Positions 41,546-51,663 are shown, counted from the first letter of the stretch. The stretch: DNA of 64,000 nucleotides from Candidatus Zhuqueibacterota bacterium (GCA_034506315.1 JAPDPT010000001.1:128295-192294); one strand, 5' to 3'. The notes: generated by a model not told the origin, from the letters alone. A program made the numbers and translations.

Positions 41546-42018
41546 TCCGGCCGCCTGTGGATGCCCCCTCCGCCTCCCGGTCTCCCGGACGTAAGGAGTC
41601 TGTTCCAGCCACCGCGGGTCGCGAGCCAGAAGGGACGCGCATCCGGGCAGAGCCATGTATCCCGACAGCACGGGGGAAGGCGGGTCTCCGCCTTTCGATC
41701 ACGACAAGTTTTTTGGGGCAGAAAGAAGACCCAAGTACGGCCTCGAGGGTAACGGCAGTAGAGGCTGTCTTTGTGAAGGGGCCACGGTTGCGCGCGCGAC
41801 GCAGCCCGTCCCTGCCCATCGAGGTGCAGGGTGAGGAGAGGCGTTCGCCCCCCTCAATGACTGGGCGCGCGGGCCCATGGGCCTGCGAGACTCCACCGAT
41901 GCAATTCAGCGTGGGAATCGCTGCCTGAATCAGTCAGAGCTCGCTCAACAGCTTTGCTACGGGAGGGAAAGAGACGACTCGGTCGGAGACCAAGGGCCGA
42001 CCTGCGGCGGAGCGGTTT

Positions 42019-42261
42019 GTGGCGGCGTGCCGACTTCGCAGCCGGATCGAGGCAGATATGTTGCTCAACATCTTGAAGGGGCAGGGAATACCCTGCTACG
42101 TGACGGGCGATGAGAGCCCAATTTTCGGTCTCGGATCCTTCGCGGGCGGCGACGAAGTATATCCGGCCGTAATTATGGTGCCCGCCCCAGAAGCCGTGCG
42201 CGCCCGCCGCATCTGTCGCAAATACGCGGAAATTTCCTCGTCAAAACCTGGGAGTTGGTGA
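42019..42261 (+). CDS. DUF2007-domain protein (putative signal-transducing protein).
   Basis: GTG start; 80 aa. IEADMLLNILKGQGIPCYVTGDE... matches the DUF2007 pattern (EAE.I.S.LE..GI). It ends 5 nt before hisS. Confidence 0.55.
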   Translation: MAACRLRSRIEADMLLNILKGQGIPCYVTGDESPIFGLGSFAGGDEVYPAVIMVPAPEAVRARRICRKYAEISSSKPGSW

Positions 42262-42265
42262 GGGA

Positions 42266-43543
42266 ATGGCCAGATTCAAAGCCGTACGCGGCACGCGGGA
42301 CGTCCTTCCCGAGGAGTGGCCCTACTGGGAACACATCGAACGGGCCATCGGGAGGGTGACGTCCCTCTACGGATATAAGAGAATCGCTACCCCCATCCTG
42401 GAAGAAACCGGCCTCTACGTGCGGGGCGTAGGCCAGGGGACCGACATCGTGGACAAAGAGATGTACACCTTCCAGGATCGGGGTGGTCGCTCGCTGAGCC
42501 TGCGACCAGAGTTCACTGCCGGGATCATGCGAGCCTACCTCGAGAACGGCCTCCACGTCCACCCGAAGCCGGTAAAGCTCTACGCCATTGGCCCCATCTT
42601 CCGCTACGAACGACCGGAGGCCGGTCGCTACCGGCAGCACACGCAGTTCAACGTCGAGGCCATCGGGGAGCAGGACCCGGCCCTCGATTTCGAGGTGATC
42701 GCCCTGGCGCTGCACCTGTTCCGGGAAATCGGCATCTCCGGCACCCGTCTTCAGCTCAATAGCACGGGCTGCCCGCGGTGCCGCCCGCAGTACGTTCGGA
42801 GACTTGTCGAGTACTACAAGCCCCGCTTGGAGCTCGTGTGCAGCGACTGCCGGCGCCGCTACGAGCGAAATCCCCTTCGTCTTCTGGACTGTAAGGTCGA
42901 GCAGTGCCAGCCCGTCATCGCCCAGGCCCCCGACATCCGGGAACACCTCTGTGGGGAGTGCCGAGAGCATTTCGAAGCTCTGCTCAGCTACCTGGAGGCC
43001 GCCGCTATCCCCTACGAGGTCAATCGGCGATTGGTCCGCGGCCTCGACTACTACACCAAAACGGTGTTTGAGGTCTGGGTGCAGGGGATCGGCTCCCAGA
43101 ACGCCATCTGCGGAGGGGGCCGCTACGACGGCCTTATCGAGGAACTGGGCGGCCCACCCACGCCAGGGATCGGTTTCGGCTCCGGCATGGAGAGGCTGGT
43201 GCTGACCCTGCAGGAACAGAACGTGGCGGTCGCCACACCGCAGCGGCCGGCCGTATTTGCGGCCTACCTGGGTCCGGAGGCCAAGCGGGCAGCGCTGGAG
43301 ATCGTACAGGCCCTGCGCGCGGAGGGAATCCCATCCCTGATCAGCTTCGGGGAACGTAGCCTCAAGGCGCAGCTTCGAGACGCTCACCGCGCCGGAGCCT
43401 GCGTGGCGATCGTCCTCGGCGAAGAGGAGCTGCGGGACGGCCAGATTCAGCTCAAGTGGCTGGATCGGGGTGAGCAGGCCCGAGTGGACCGGAACCAATT
43501 GATCCCGACCCTGCGGCAGGAGCTCGCCCAAAGCCGCCTGTGA
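42266..43543 (+). CDS. hisS: Histidine--tRNA ligase.
   Basis: MARFKAVRGTRDVLPEEWPYWEHIER...TPILEETGLYVRGVGQGTDIVDKEMYTFQDRGGRSLSLRPEFTAGIMRAY is the class II HisRS motif 1/2 region. The C-terminal anticodon-binding domain is present. Confidence 0.95.
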   Translation: MARFKAVRGTRDVLPEEWPYWEHIERAIGRVTSLYGYKRIATPILEETGLYVRGVGQGTDIVDKEMYTFQDRGGRSLSLRPEFTAGIMRAYLENGLHVHPKPVKLYAIGPIFRYERPEAGRYRQHTQFNVEAIGEQDPALDFEVIALALHLFREIGISGTRLQLNSTGCPRCRPQYVRRLVEYYKPRLELVCSDCRRRYERNPLRLLDCKVEQCQPVIAQAPDIREHLCGECREHFEALLSYLEAAAIPYEVNRRLVRGLDYYTKTVFEVWVQGIGSQNAICGGGRYDGLIEELGGPPTPGIGFGSGMERLVLTLQEQNVAVATPQRPAVFAAYLGPEAKRAALEIVQALRAEGIPSLISFGERSLKAQLRDAHRAGACVAIVLGEEELRDGQIQLKWLDRGEQARVDRNQLIPTLRQELAQSRL

Positions 43544-43586
43544 CCGGAGCCGCGCAGGTGCAGCCAGACGTCGGAGCGGACCAACA

Positions 43587-44369
43587 GTGGAAGAGCTCCC
43601 AAAGGCAGAGCTGAGGCGTCTCCGCTCCCTCCGAAACGAAAAGGGGAGGCAAGAATATCGGCTCTTCCTTGCCGAGGGGTATCGACTGGTCGACGCAGCC
43701 CTTGACGCTTCGGCGCCGGTGCTTCGCGTCCTGATGACGGAAGCGTTTTCCGCGAGCCCGGAGGGGCGAGCGCTTGGCCGCAAGGCTGAAGCAAAGGCCA
43801 TTGCCACTGCCGTGGTAAGCGAGAATACGTTCGCCCAGATCGCCACCACCACCCACACCCAGGGGGTTCTTGCGGTGGTGCGAACGCCAGGCTGGCCAGA
43901 CCAGGCTCCTTGGAAGAGCGGGCTAATGGTCGCTCTGAGCAACGTCCGGGACCCCGGCAACGTGGGCACCATCTGGCGCGCCGCGGCGTGGTTCGGGGCC
44001 GATCGGATCATCCTGGGAAAAGGCTGCGTGGACCCCCACAATCCGAAAGTCGTCCGGGCGACGATGGGCGGGCTCTTCTACGTTCCCTGCGAGCCTGTAG
44101 AGGATCTGGCGAACTGGCTTGCCGCGGCACGCGCGGCGGGCTACAAGGTCTTCGCCGCGGACGTACAGGGAGAGACGGACCACTGGCCGGCCGAGGCCCC
44201 TGAGGTCGTCCTGGTGGCCGGCGGCGAAACGGAGGGCCTCTCCCCCCAGATCCGACGCGTGGTAGAGACCACCATCCGGATCCCCCGTTGGGGAGCTGGG
44301 GATTCGCTAAACGTAGCCATGGCCGTGTCGATTCTCCTCGACCGGTGGCGCCAGGCTCGTCCCGCCTGA
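43587..44369 (+). CDS. TrmH/SpoU-family RNA 2'-O-methyltransferase.
   Basis: VALSNVRDPGNVGTIWRAAAWFGADRIIL and the C-terminal LNVAMAVSILL are SPOUT motifs; 260 aa. Confidence 0.8.
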   Translation: MEELPKAELRRLRSLRNEKGRQEYRLFLAEGYRLVDAALDASAPVLRVLMTEAFSASPEGRALGRKAEAKAIATAVVSENTFAQIATTTHTQGVLAVVRTPGWPDQAPWKSGLMVALSNVRDPGNVGTIWRAAAWFGADRIILGKGCVDPHNPKVVRATMGGLFYVPCEPVEDLANWLAAARAAGYKVFAADVQGETDHWPAEAPEVVLVAGGETEGLSPQIRRVVETTIRIPRWGAGDSLNVAMAVSILLDRWRQARPA

Positions 44370-44414
44370 TGGCTCTCTTGGTAACCGAGGTTTGAGTAGG
44401 TAGACGTTCGAACC

Positions 44415-45227
44415 ATGTGGACGCAGAACAGAGATACCGCGATCGACGGAGTCCTCTCCCTCGAGAAAAGTCTGGCCATCTTGTTCCTCACGTTTGTATT
44501 GATCCTCGCCGCCGGAATCGCCGGTGCCGTCCTGGGCGGTCGGACCGAGATACTGCTCAGCGAAGCTCTGGTGATCGTTCCGGCCTGGATCTACGTAGCG
44601 CGCTCCCGTCTGGACGGGCGGACTGTATTCCGCCTGCGCAGGGTCCCCGTGCAGGCTCTGTGGCTCTCGCTCGGCATCGGGGTAGCAGCCGCTCTCCTCG
44701 GGCACGAGCTCGATGTCCTGGTAGAGCAGATCTTCCCCATGCCCCTCGAGCTACAGAAGCAAATGGAGGCCATGCTGCGCGCGAAAGGGATTGCGGACGG
44801 GATCATCCTCGTCGTAGCCATCGTCGGGCTGGCCGGCGTTCTGGAGGAAATGCTGTTCCGGGGGATGTTGCTCGCATCTCTGGAAGCCCGTGTGGATGTA
44901 ACCCGTGCTGTGCTCTTCAGCGCTCTCCTGTTTGCCTTCTTCCACCTGAACCCCTGGACTGCCGTGCAGATTCTCCTGTTCGGGGTGATCCTGGGCGTGC
45001 TGGCCTGGCGTAGCCAGAGCGTCTTGCCTGCGGCTCTCGTCCACGCCACCAACAACGCATTCGAATTTGCGGTTCTCAACCTGGGCGAGGATCGGCTCCG
45101 TCCCCTTTTCGTAGGAAAGCACGTGTCCCCTGTATTGCTGCTCCTCGCCGCAGTCGCTCTGTACCTCGGGCTCCGGGACTTCTACCGCCTTTTTGGGAAG
45201 GGAGCTGGTGATGCCAAAATTGCGTAA
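44415..45227 (+). CDS. CPBP-family intramembrane metalloprotease (CAAX protease-like).
   Basis: Polytopic. EEMLFRGMLL (EExxxR motif 1), FFHLNPW (motif 2) and HATNNAFEF (motif 3). Confidence 0.8.
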   Translation: MWTQNRDTAIDGVLSLEKSLAILFLTFVLILAAGIAGAVLGGRTEILLSEALVIVPAWIYVARSRLDGRTVFRLRRVPVQALWLSLGIGVAAALLGHELDVLVEQIFPMPLELQKQMEAMLRAKGIADGIILVVAIVGLAGVLEEMLFRGMLLASLEARVDVTRAVLFSALLFAFFHLNPWTAVQILLFGVILGVLAWRSQSVLPAALVHATNNAFEFAVLNLGEDRLRPLFVGKHVSPVLLLLAAVALYLGLRDFYRLFGKGAGDAKIA

Positions 45228-46740
45228 AGCGCAGCAGCCCACCGTCCGCATCGGGATGATCCGCGGTGCCGACGAGGTGCGACTCGCGGTGTGCGCGCCG
45301 CACCGGCTCTTCGCGGCGGGTGCGCTGGTGGAAGAGGTCGAGGAGCCCCGCGAGTACCGGGTGCAGGCGGGGGAAATCCTGCCCACCGGGCTGGAATCCT
45401 GGGTGCGATTCGCCGTCACCCGGCCCGGACAAACCGCGGTAGCCCCCTGCCCGCAAGGCCGCGTCCGACGCCTGACCGTGGGGCGCGTCCTCAAGCTGCC
45501 GCGCCTCCGGGCGGACAATCGCGAGGTCTGGCACCTGGTCGGGCCCTTTCCCGATCTGGAGGCAGCTGCCGCCTATCGTAGGACTCAGCCGAGACCAGGC
45601 GAACTCGCCCTGCTCCAGCTCCCCAACGGCGAGGCGAGAGGTTGGGCCGAGGTCAACGGGCGAAAACTGGATCTGCCCGTGAGGATCGAGCCCGCCAATT
45701 CCGAGGCCCCCCACCTCTTGCTGCGCAATGTGCTCATCGGCATCGAATTTCACTGGCAACACTACGAGGACGAGCACCTGCGCGGCGTTCTGGAGATCGC
45801 GGCGGGCCACGACGGAAAGCTTGTAGCGGTGAACGAATTGCCGGCCGAAGCCTACCTGGCCAGCGTAAACTCGAGCGAGATGGCAGCGGATTGCCCCGAC
45901 GAACTCCTCAAGGCTCAGACGGTAGCCGCTCGCAGCACGCTCTTCGCCACCCTCAACAAACACCACTACGGCGACCCATTCGACCTGTGTGCCGACGACC
46001 ACTGTCAGTGTTACTACGGGGCTGATCGCGAGAGAGAACGGTCGTGGCAGGCCGTCCAGAACACGTGGGGTGAGGTGCTTGTGAGTCAAGGCGAGGTGTG
46101 CGACGCGCGATACTCCAAGATCTGCGGCGGGATCATCGAAGATTACCGCTTCGTTTGGGAGGACCGAGCGATTCCCTACCTCGCCTCGGGTATCGATGGC
46201 CACCAGCCTGTCCCTTTCCCTGCCCGCTCGGAGGAGAGGGCAAGAGAGCTCATCGATTCCCGTCCGGACGTGTTCTGCAATACCGACCGCTACGATCTTC
46301 CCCCGAGTCTCCGCGAGCGCTGTCAAGGTCTCTTCCGCTGGGAGGTACGCTACACCCAGGAGGAGCTGCAGGGGCTTCTGGCCACGAGGGTGGGTGTCCG
46401 CGTGGGGCGCGTGATCGACCTCGTTCCGCTGGAACGAGGCGATTCGGGAAGGATCGTGCACCTCGAGGTGGTGGGGACGGAGGGCCGGGTCCTCCTGGGC
46501 AAGGAGCTGGAAATCCGGCGCGCTCTCAGTCCCACTCACCTATACAGCTCCTGTTTCTACGTCGTGAAGGAGTTCGGCGAGGATGGGCTACCGCGGGCGT
46601 TTGTGCTGAGGGGCGCCGGGTGGGGACACGGGGTGGGCCTGTGCCAGGTGGGGGCCACGGTGATGGCTTCCCAGGGCTACACGTATCGGGAGATCCTCGC
46701 ACACTACTACAGGGCATCGGACGTCGTTCGCGCCTATTAA
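45211..46740 (+). CDS. SpoIID/LytB-domain protein (amidase enhancer / lytic transglycosylase-like).
   Basis: RBS AGGGAG lies 6 nt before ATG 45211. The C-terminal GWGHGVGLCQVGATVMASQGYTYREILAHYY is the SpoIID/LytB signature. It overlaps the CPBP gene by 17 nt. Confidence 0.8.
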   Translation: MPKLRKAQQPTVRIGMIRGADEVRLAVCAPHRLFAAGALVEEVEEPREYRVQAGEILPTGLESWVRFAVTRPGQTAVAPCPQGRVRRLTVGRVLKLPRLRADNREVWHLVGPFPDLEAAAAYRRTQPRPGELALLQLPNGEARGWAEVNGRKLDLPVRIEPANSEAPHLLLRNVLIGIEFHWQHYEDEHLRGVLEIAAGHDGKLVAVNELPAEAYLASVNSSEMAADCPDELLKAQTVAARSTLFATLNKHHYGDPFDLCADDHCQCYYGADRERERSWQAVQNTWGEVLVSQGEVCDARYSKICGGIIEDYRFVWEDRAIPYLASGIDGHQPVPFPARSEERARELIDSRPDVFCNTDRYDLPPSLRERCQGLFRWEVRYTQEELQGLLATRVGVRVGRVIDLVPLERGDSGRIVHLEVVGTEGRVLLGKELEIRRALSPTHLYSSCFYVVKEFGEDGLPRAFVLRGAGWGHGVGLCQVGATVMASQGYTYREILAHYYRASDVVRAY

Positions 46741-46751
46741 TCGGGTAAGGC

Positions 46752-48452
46752 ATGAGTTTCCTTGAGGAATCCGTCGATTTCCTGGTGATCGGGAGCGGGA
46801 TTGCGGGCCTTTCGTTCGCTCTGCGCGCCGCCCGGCACGGGCAGGTGGCGGTGGTGACCAAGAAGGAGCGGGCGGAATCCAATACGAACTACGCCCAGGG
46901 CGGAATCGCGGCGGTGCTGAACGAAGACGACAGCTTCGAGCTCCACGTACGCGATACGCTCCAGGCGGGAGCCGGTCTCTGTCATCCCGAGGCCGTGGAG
47001 ATCATGGTGCGGGAGGGGCCCGATTGCGTCCGCGAGCTGGAGGAGTGGGGAGTGCGCTTTACGAAGCTGCGCACGGAAAAAGGGGAGCGCTACGAGCTCG
47101 GGCGCGAAGGGGGACATTCCCGAAACCGGATTGTCCACGCTCAGGACCTCACCGGGCGCGAGGTGGAACGGGCGCTGGTAACGGCCGTACGAGAACATCC
47201 CAACGTGCGGGTCTACGAGGACCACGTAGCCATCGACCTGATCACCGAGCATCATCTCGGCCGGGAGGCCGAAGCGGGGGCCGAGCGCATCCACTGCTTC
47301 GGTGCCTATGTGCTGGACGTGCGCGAAGGGATCGTGAAGAAGTTCCTGGCCCGCGCCACGCTGCTGGCCACCGGAGGCTGTGGCCAAATCTATCGCCACA
47401 CGACCAACCCGGAGATCGCCACGGGCGACGGGGTTGCCATGGCCTACCGCGCCGGGGCTGCCATCGCCAACATGGAGTTTATGCAGTTCCATCCCACAGC
47501 CTTCTACACGCCCTCGGGAACTCCCTTCCTGATCTCGGAGGCCGTGCGCGGGTTCGGTGGGGTGTTGCGCACCCGGGACGGCCACGAGTTCATGAGCCGC
47601 TATCACCCGATGGGCTCCCTGGCGCCCCGCGATGTTGTGGCGCGCGCCATCGACGCGGAACTCAAGCGGCGCGGCGACGAGTGCGTCTACCTCGACGTGA
47701 CCCACCTGCCCCCCGAGAAGGTGAAGGAGCGTTTCCCCAACATCTACGAGTCGTGCCTCCGGTACGGCGTGGACATGACCAAAGAGCCGGTACCGGTAGT
47801 GCCCGCGGCCCACTACAGCTGTGGCGGGGTCGTAACCGATTTACGGGGCCGTACAACCATCGATGGGCTCTACGCCTGCGGGGAAGTCGCCTGCACCGGT
47901 GTCCACGGAGCCAATCGCCTGGCCTCCAACTCGTTGCTGGAGGCCGTGGCTTTTTCGAAACGGGCGTACCAGGACGCTGCGCGACTCGTCTCCTTCAAGC
48001 CGCGCGCCATCCCAGAGTTCCCCGCCTGGGACGATAGCGGCACTTTCAACTCCGAGGAGTGGGTCCTGATCTCCCACGACCGACACGAGATCCAGTCCCT
48101 GATGTGGGACTACGTCGGCATTGTGCGATCGAACCTCCGCCTGCAGCGGGCCCGTCGGCGTATCGGCCTCATCCGCACCGAGGTGGAGGAGTTCTACCGG
48201 CGCACCCGCGTTACCGAGGGCCTTCTCGAGCTCCGGAATATGGCCCAGGTAGCCGGCCTGGTCGTCGACTGTGCCCTCTTTCGCCGGGAAAGCCGCGGAC
48301 TGCACTTCAACACCGACTACCCGGCAAGAGATGACGCCCGCTGGCAACGGGACACCATCCTTGTCCGCTCCCGCAGGTTCGGCCTGCGATTCCTGAAACG
48401 CGTCGCCATCCAGTGGGACGACGACGCCGCTCCGTTCGTCTGGGGGCTGTAG
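46752..48452 (+). CDS. nadB: L-aspartate oxidase.
   Basis: FAD fold [16 protein letters not shown]...YAQGGIAA. Full-length NadB-like, 566 aa, with the conserved [11 protein letters not shown]. Confidence 0.95.
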   Translation: MSFLEESVDFLVIGSGIAGLSFALRAARHGQVAVVTKKERAESNTNYAQGGIAAVLNEDDSFELHVRDTLQAGAGLCHPEAVEIMVREGPDCVRELEEWGVRFTKLRTEKGERYELGREGGHSRNRIVHAQDLTGREVERALVTAVREHPNVRVYEDHVAIDLITEHHLGREAEAGAERIHCFGAYVLDVREGIVKKFLARATLLATGGCGQIYRHTTNPEIATGDGVAMAYRAGAAIANMEFMQFHPTAFYTPSGTPFLISEAVRGFGGVLRTRDGHEFMSRYHPMGSLAPRDVVARAIDAELKRRGDECVYLDVTHLPPEKVKERFPNIYESCLRYGVDMTKEPVPVVPAAHYSCGGVVTDLRGRTTIDGLYACGEVACTGVHGANRLASNSLLEAVAFSKRAYQDAARLVSFKPRAIPEFPAWDDSGTFNSEEWVLISHDRHEIQSLMWDYVGIVRSNLRLQRARRRIGLIRTEVEEFYRRTRVTEGLLELRNMAQVAGLVVDCALFRRESRGLHFNTDYPARDDARWQRDTILVRSRRFGLRFLKRVAIQWDDDAAPFVWGL

Positions 48453-48493
48453 GCGAAAACCAGCGCCGGGATGCGCAAGCTGAGAGGGTCGCC

Positions 48494-48784
48494 ATGGGTG
48501 AAAAGCTCCTCACCGCTACCGTCGCTTCGCTCTTTCTCATCGGAGCGGTGGACTGGTTCGACGGCTGGTACCGAAAATTCCTCACCAGGCGAGGCGTGTC
48601 GCCCAGCCTCCGCAAGAAGTTGCGGATGGTCCAATGGGTCGTTCTGGCCCTCCTCTTCTGGTACGGCCTCCTCGCCTCGGGAATGCCTCCCCGTTTCGGC
48701 TCCCCGTTCTTCCTCTTCGTGCTCTTCATCTACTGCCTCCGGGGATTGATCGCCACCGCCGTATCGGGAACTACCGGAGCCTGA
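48494..48784 (+). CDS. Hypothetical small membrane protein (about 96 aa, 2 TM).
   Basis: RBS GAGAGGG lies 5 nt before the ATG. Two hydrophobic helices are separated by a basic loop. No family was recognised. Confidence 0.45.
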   Translation: MGEKLLTATVASLFLIGAVDWFDGWYRKFLTRRGVSPSLRKKLRMVQWVVLALLFWYGLLASGMPPRFGSPFFLFVLFIYCLRGLIATAVSGTTGA

Positions 48785-49735
48785 TCGCCGACATCGAGCT
48801 TTGCCAATGAACCTGCACCTGCTGGATCAGAGCCTGACCACCCCCGGGCGAAGGCCCCTACCGGCCACCTGCGGGCGCGGAAGAGAGCGCCGGATCGATT
48901 CTTCACAGCGAGCACCGCTTCCTCCGGACCGACTTTGGAACGGATCGTTCCCGGCAATCGGAAGCTCGAGCCAAACGGCTCTCGCTCGCAGGCCCCTCAC
49001 CCGGGCGTCGGGGCATCCGTCTCGGGGGCACGGCGGGATACCGCAGCTCCTCGCGCACCGTTCCGAGGGACCCTCCTCTCGTGCGCCATCGCGGCCAACC
49101 TTCGATCGGAAGGTCGGCCCAAAAAGGATCCTGGGCGTCCGGCTCTCCGCAGCCTCCGAGTCCGACGAAAGCCAGCCGTCTCTGTGCCTTTGGCCTGCTA
49201 CTTGCGGCGCAATCTCTGCCCTCGAACAGGAGAAGCGGCGCCTCGGAAAGACGACCAGTCACGGACAAGCTCCTCCGGACCCCAAAGGTCGGAACGCAAG
49301 CTACGCTGAGCTGTGGGGACCGGCATGTCACACGTCAGGCCAAGCGCCGACGAGAGCGCAAAGGAGGGGGGCTTTGCTCTTCCGTGAAGCCGCGGCAGCT
49401 GTTCGATCGCAAAGGAAGTGTCCGAGCTCGTCCCGAGGGGCTGGGTACCCCGACCGATCAGCTGGCTGAGGCAGTAGCCCGTACGTTGCTTCGGCACTGG
49501 CCGGACACAGCCGTACGCCAGGGACAAGGGAGGGCGCGTTGCCCTGGGAGCCCATTGCCGGGCCAGTCGCCTTGGGCCCGGAGACCGGTGCGGAAGGCAG
49601 CGCCAGGCCTGCCAGTTATTGGCGCTCCGAGGAATGGCTACCTCGCTCACGGAAAGCGATCCCCTCCCTCTCCACAGGATCCGCATCCGACGTGCGGATC
49701 CCATGCAGCGCACCCTTAACCTGAAGGAGCCAACG

Positions 49736-50965
49736 ATGGTACGTTCGTTCTCCTCCCGCGCACCGAGGATGGTGCTCTTCGCCCTCGCCGCCCTCTTGGA
49801 GCTCGCCTTCCTCGGAGAATCAGCCGCTCAATGGATCCGGACCAGCGGACCGAACCGCGGCGCCGTGAACTGTCTTGCCGTCGGCCAATCAACCCTGTTC
49901 GCTGGGACCCAGGGTGGCGTGTTCGCCACGAGCGACAATGGCGACCACTGGACCCGACTGGTCCAAGGCCTCTCCGATACCACCGTGCGCGCCCTGCTTT
50001 TCTCCGGAACCAAGCTGTTCGCCGGCACCCGTGGAGGGGTCTTCGTCTCCGCTGATTATGGCCAGAGCTGGACAATGGCCGGGTTCATGATGAGCAGCGA
50101 TGTCCATGCCCTCGCCCTGAAGGGGACAGGTCTCTTCGCCGGAGTACACGGATTCGGTGGAATTCTCCGCTCCCAGGACGAAGGGAAGAACTGGTCAATC
50201 GTCAACAACGGCCTCACCAATTCCTACGTCAACAGCTTGGCGGTGGCCGGGACCCGTCTCCTCGCAGGGACACAAGAAGGCATCTTCCTCTCGACGGACG
50301 ACGGAACCAATTGGTCCCAGGTCCTGCCCGGAGTCAACGTAATTGCTCTGGCCTCTAGCGGTTCCTGGGTATTCGCAGGGACGGAAGGAAGCGGGCTCTA
50401 TTGCTCGGCCGACTCCGGCACCAGCTGGAACGCGGTCCCCGTCCCGCGGTTCTTCGTGTCCTCGCTGGCGATCGTAAACCAGGCGATTCTTGCAGGGACA
50501 GAGGGCGGGATCTATCTGTCCACGGACAATGGGTCGACCTGGGCCTCCGTGAGCACGGGCCTGTTGGAACTGAACACCACCGCACTGGCTGTCTGCGGGG
50601 AATACCTCTTTGCCGGCAGCTCTAAGGGGAGCGTCTCGCGGCGACCCCTTTCGGAAATGATCACCTCGGTCAAGCGCGAGACCGGGCCGACCCAAACCCC
50701 CTGCCAGTTCACTCTGAAGCAGAATTACCCGAATCCGTTCAACGAGATCACGGTCATCCGGCTCCAGCTATCGACACGATCCCCCGTCTCCCTTGAGGTG
50801 CTGGACTCCCGGGGTCGAAAAGTGGCGACGTTGCTGGACGGGGAACTCCCTCCAGGTGCCCATGAGGTGAGATTCGATGCGGCCGGACTACCCGCCGGCG
50901 TGTACTTCTACTGCCTCAAGGCAGGTCCGTCAACAGAGGTGAGGAAGGCCGTCCTCGTGAGATAG
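49736..50965 (+). CDS. Secreted beta-propeller (BNR/Ycf48-like repeats) protein with a T9SS type-A C-terminal sorting domain.
   Basis: RBS GAAGGAG lies 5 nt before ATG 49736, then signal peptide MVRSFSSRAPRMVLFALAALLELAFLGESAAQ. Repeated ..G.FAGT..GG.F.S.D.G..W.. units occur seven times. The C-terminal NYPNPFNEITVIRLQLSTRSPVSLEVLDSRGRKVATLLDGELPPGAHEVRFDAAGLPAGVYFYCL matches the Por/T9SS CTD (TIGR04183-like). Confidence 0.75.
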   Translation: MVRSFSSRAPRMVLFALAALLELAFLGESAAQWIRTSGPNRGAVNCLAVGQSTLFAGTQGGVFATSDNGDHWTRLVQGLSDTTVRALLFSGTKLFAGTRGGVFVSADYGQSWTMAGFMMSSDVHALALKGTGLFAGVHGFGGILRSQDEGKNWSIVNNGLTNSYVNSLAVAGTRLLAGTQEGIFLSTDDGTNWSQVLPGVNVIALASSGSWVFAGTEGSGLYCSADSGTSWNAVPVPRFFVSSLAIVNQAILAGTEGGIYLSTDNGSTWASVSTGLLELNTTALAVCGEYLFAGSSKGSVSRRPLSEMITSVKRETGPTQTPCQFTLKQNYPNPFNEITVIRLQLSTRSPVSLEVLDSRGRKVATLLDGELPPGAHEVRFDAAGLPAGVYFYCLKAGPSTEVRKAVLVR

Positions 50966-51663
50966 CCCGAAACGCGGGGTCCCGTCCCTAAAGCGCCTCG
51001 AAGAGATGCACGCGGGCGGCGCTCCCCATCTTGGCGGGGAAGTTAGCCGAAGACGAGAGGGACCGTCGGGAGATCCGCGGGAAAAGCGCAGCGCTGGCGC
51101 ACCTCCGGACGGGTCAGAAAGGCCAACCGGCCGCAGCCTTCAGCTCGAACCCAAAGGTCTCGCCGCCGAGGTGAGAGGGGCTGAGCTTCTCGCCCTTCCG
51201 ATCAGTTGAAAGCGTCCTGACGCGCCGGCCCGCGGGCAAGTCCGTCCCGGAGATCCCGAGGGAAGGCCGAATCGACCAAATGGACTTGATTGCGTCGCCC
51301 ATCGGAGCCAGGTGCTCCCGCGACGCGAGGCCCTGTCTTCTCTGGCAATCCGCCCGGGCGGGACCGGCGCGTCGCGCTACGTTCTTGGACGGCGCGCCGC
51401 GCCTCGCTGGAGTCCTCCTGCCGGCTCTCGGCCCTGCGGACCAAGGCGGACCGTCCCGTGCCTGTAACAGGATGGGACGCTTTTCCCAAGAGGCGCAGAA
51501 GTCCGCGAAGGACGATCGTGGGCAGCAGAAATGCCTGCGGGGAAGCACGAACCGCATTGACCAGAACTGCGCAATTCCCTAAGTTTGCGAAGCGAGCTGT
51601 GGTCTCATCAGGGCGGCCCGGCTTTTGCACGGCCGAGTCCAGGAGGTGGGCGGTGCGTTCGGC

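Noticed and set aside
49575-49610. GGAA-tetraloop motif (GGTGCGGAAGGCAGCGCC) reminiscent of SRP RNA helix 8.
   Set aside because: Only a short, imperfect resemblance. The flanking sequence does not reproduce the conserved SRP domain IV asymmetric loops (AGCAGCC / CAGG). It is kept only as a note within the gap finding.
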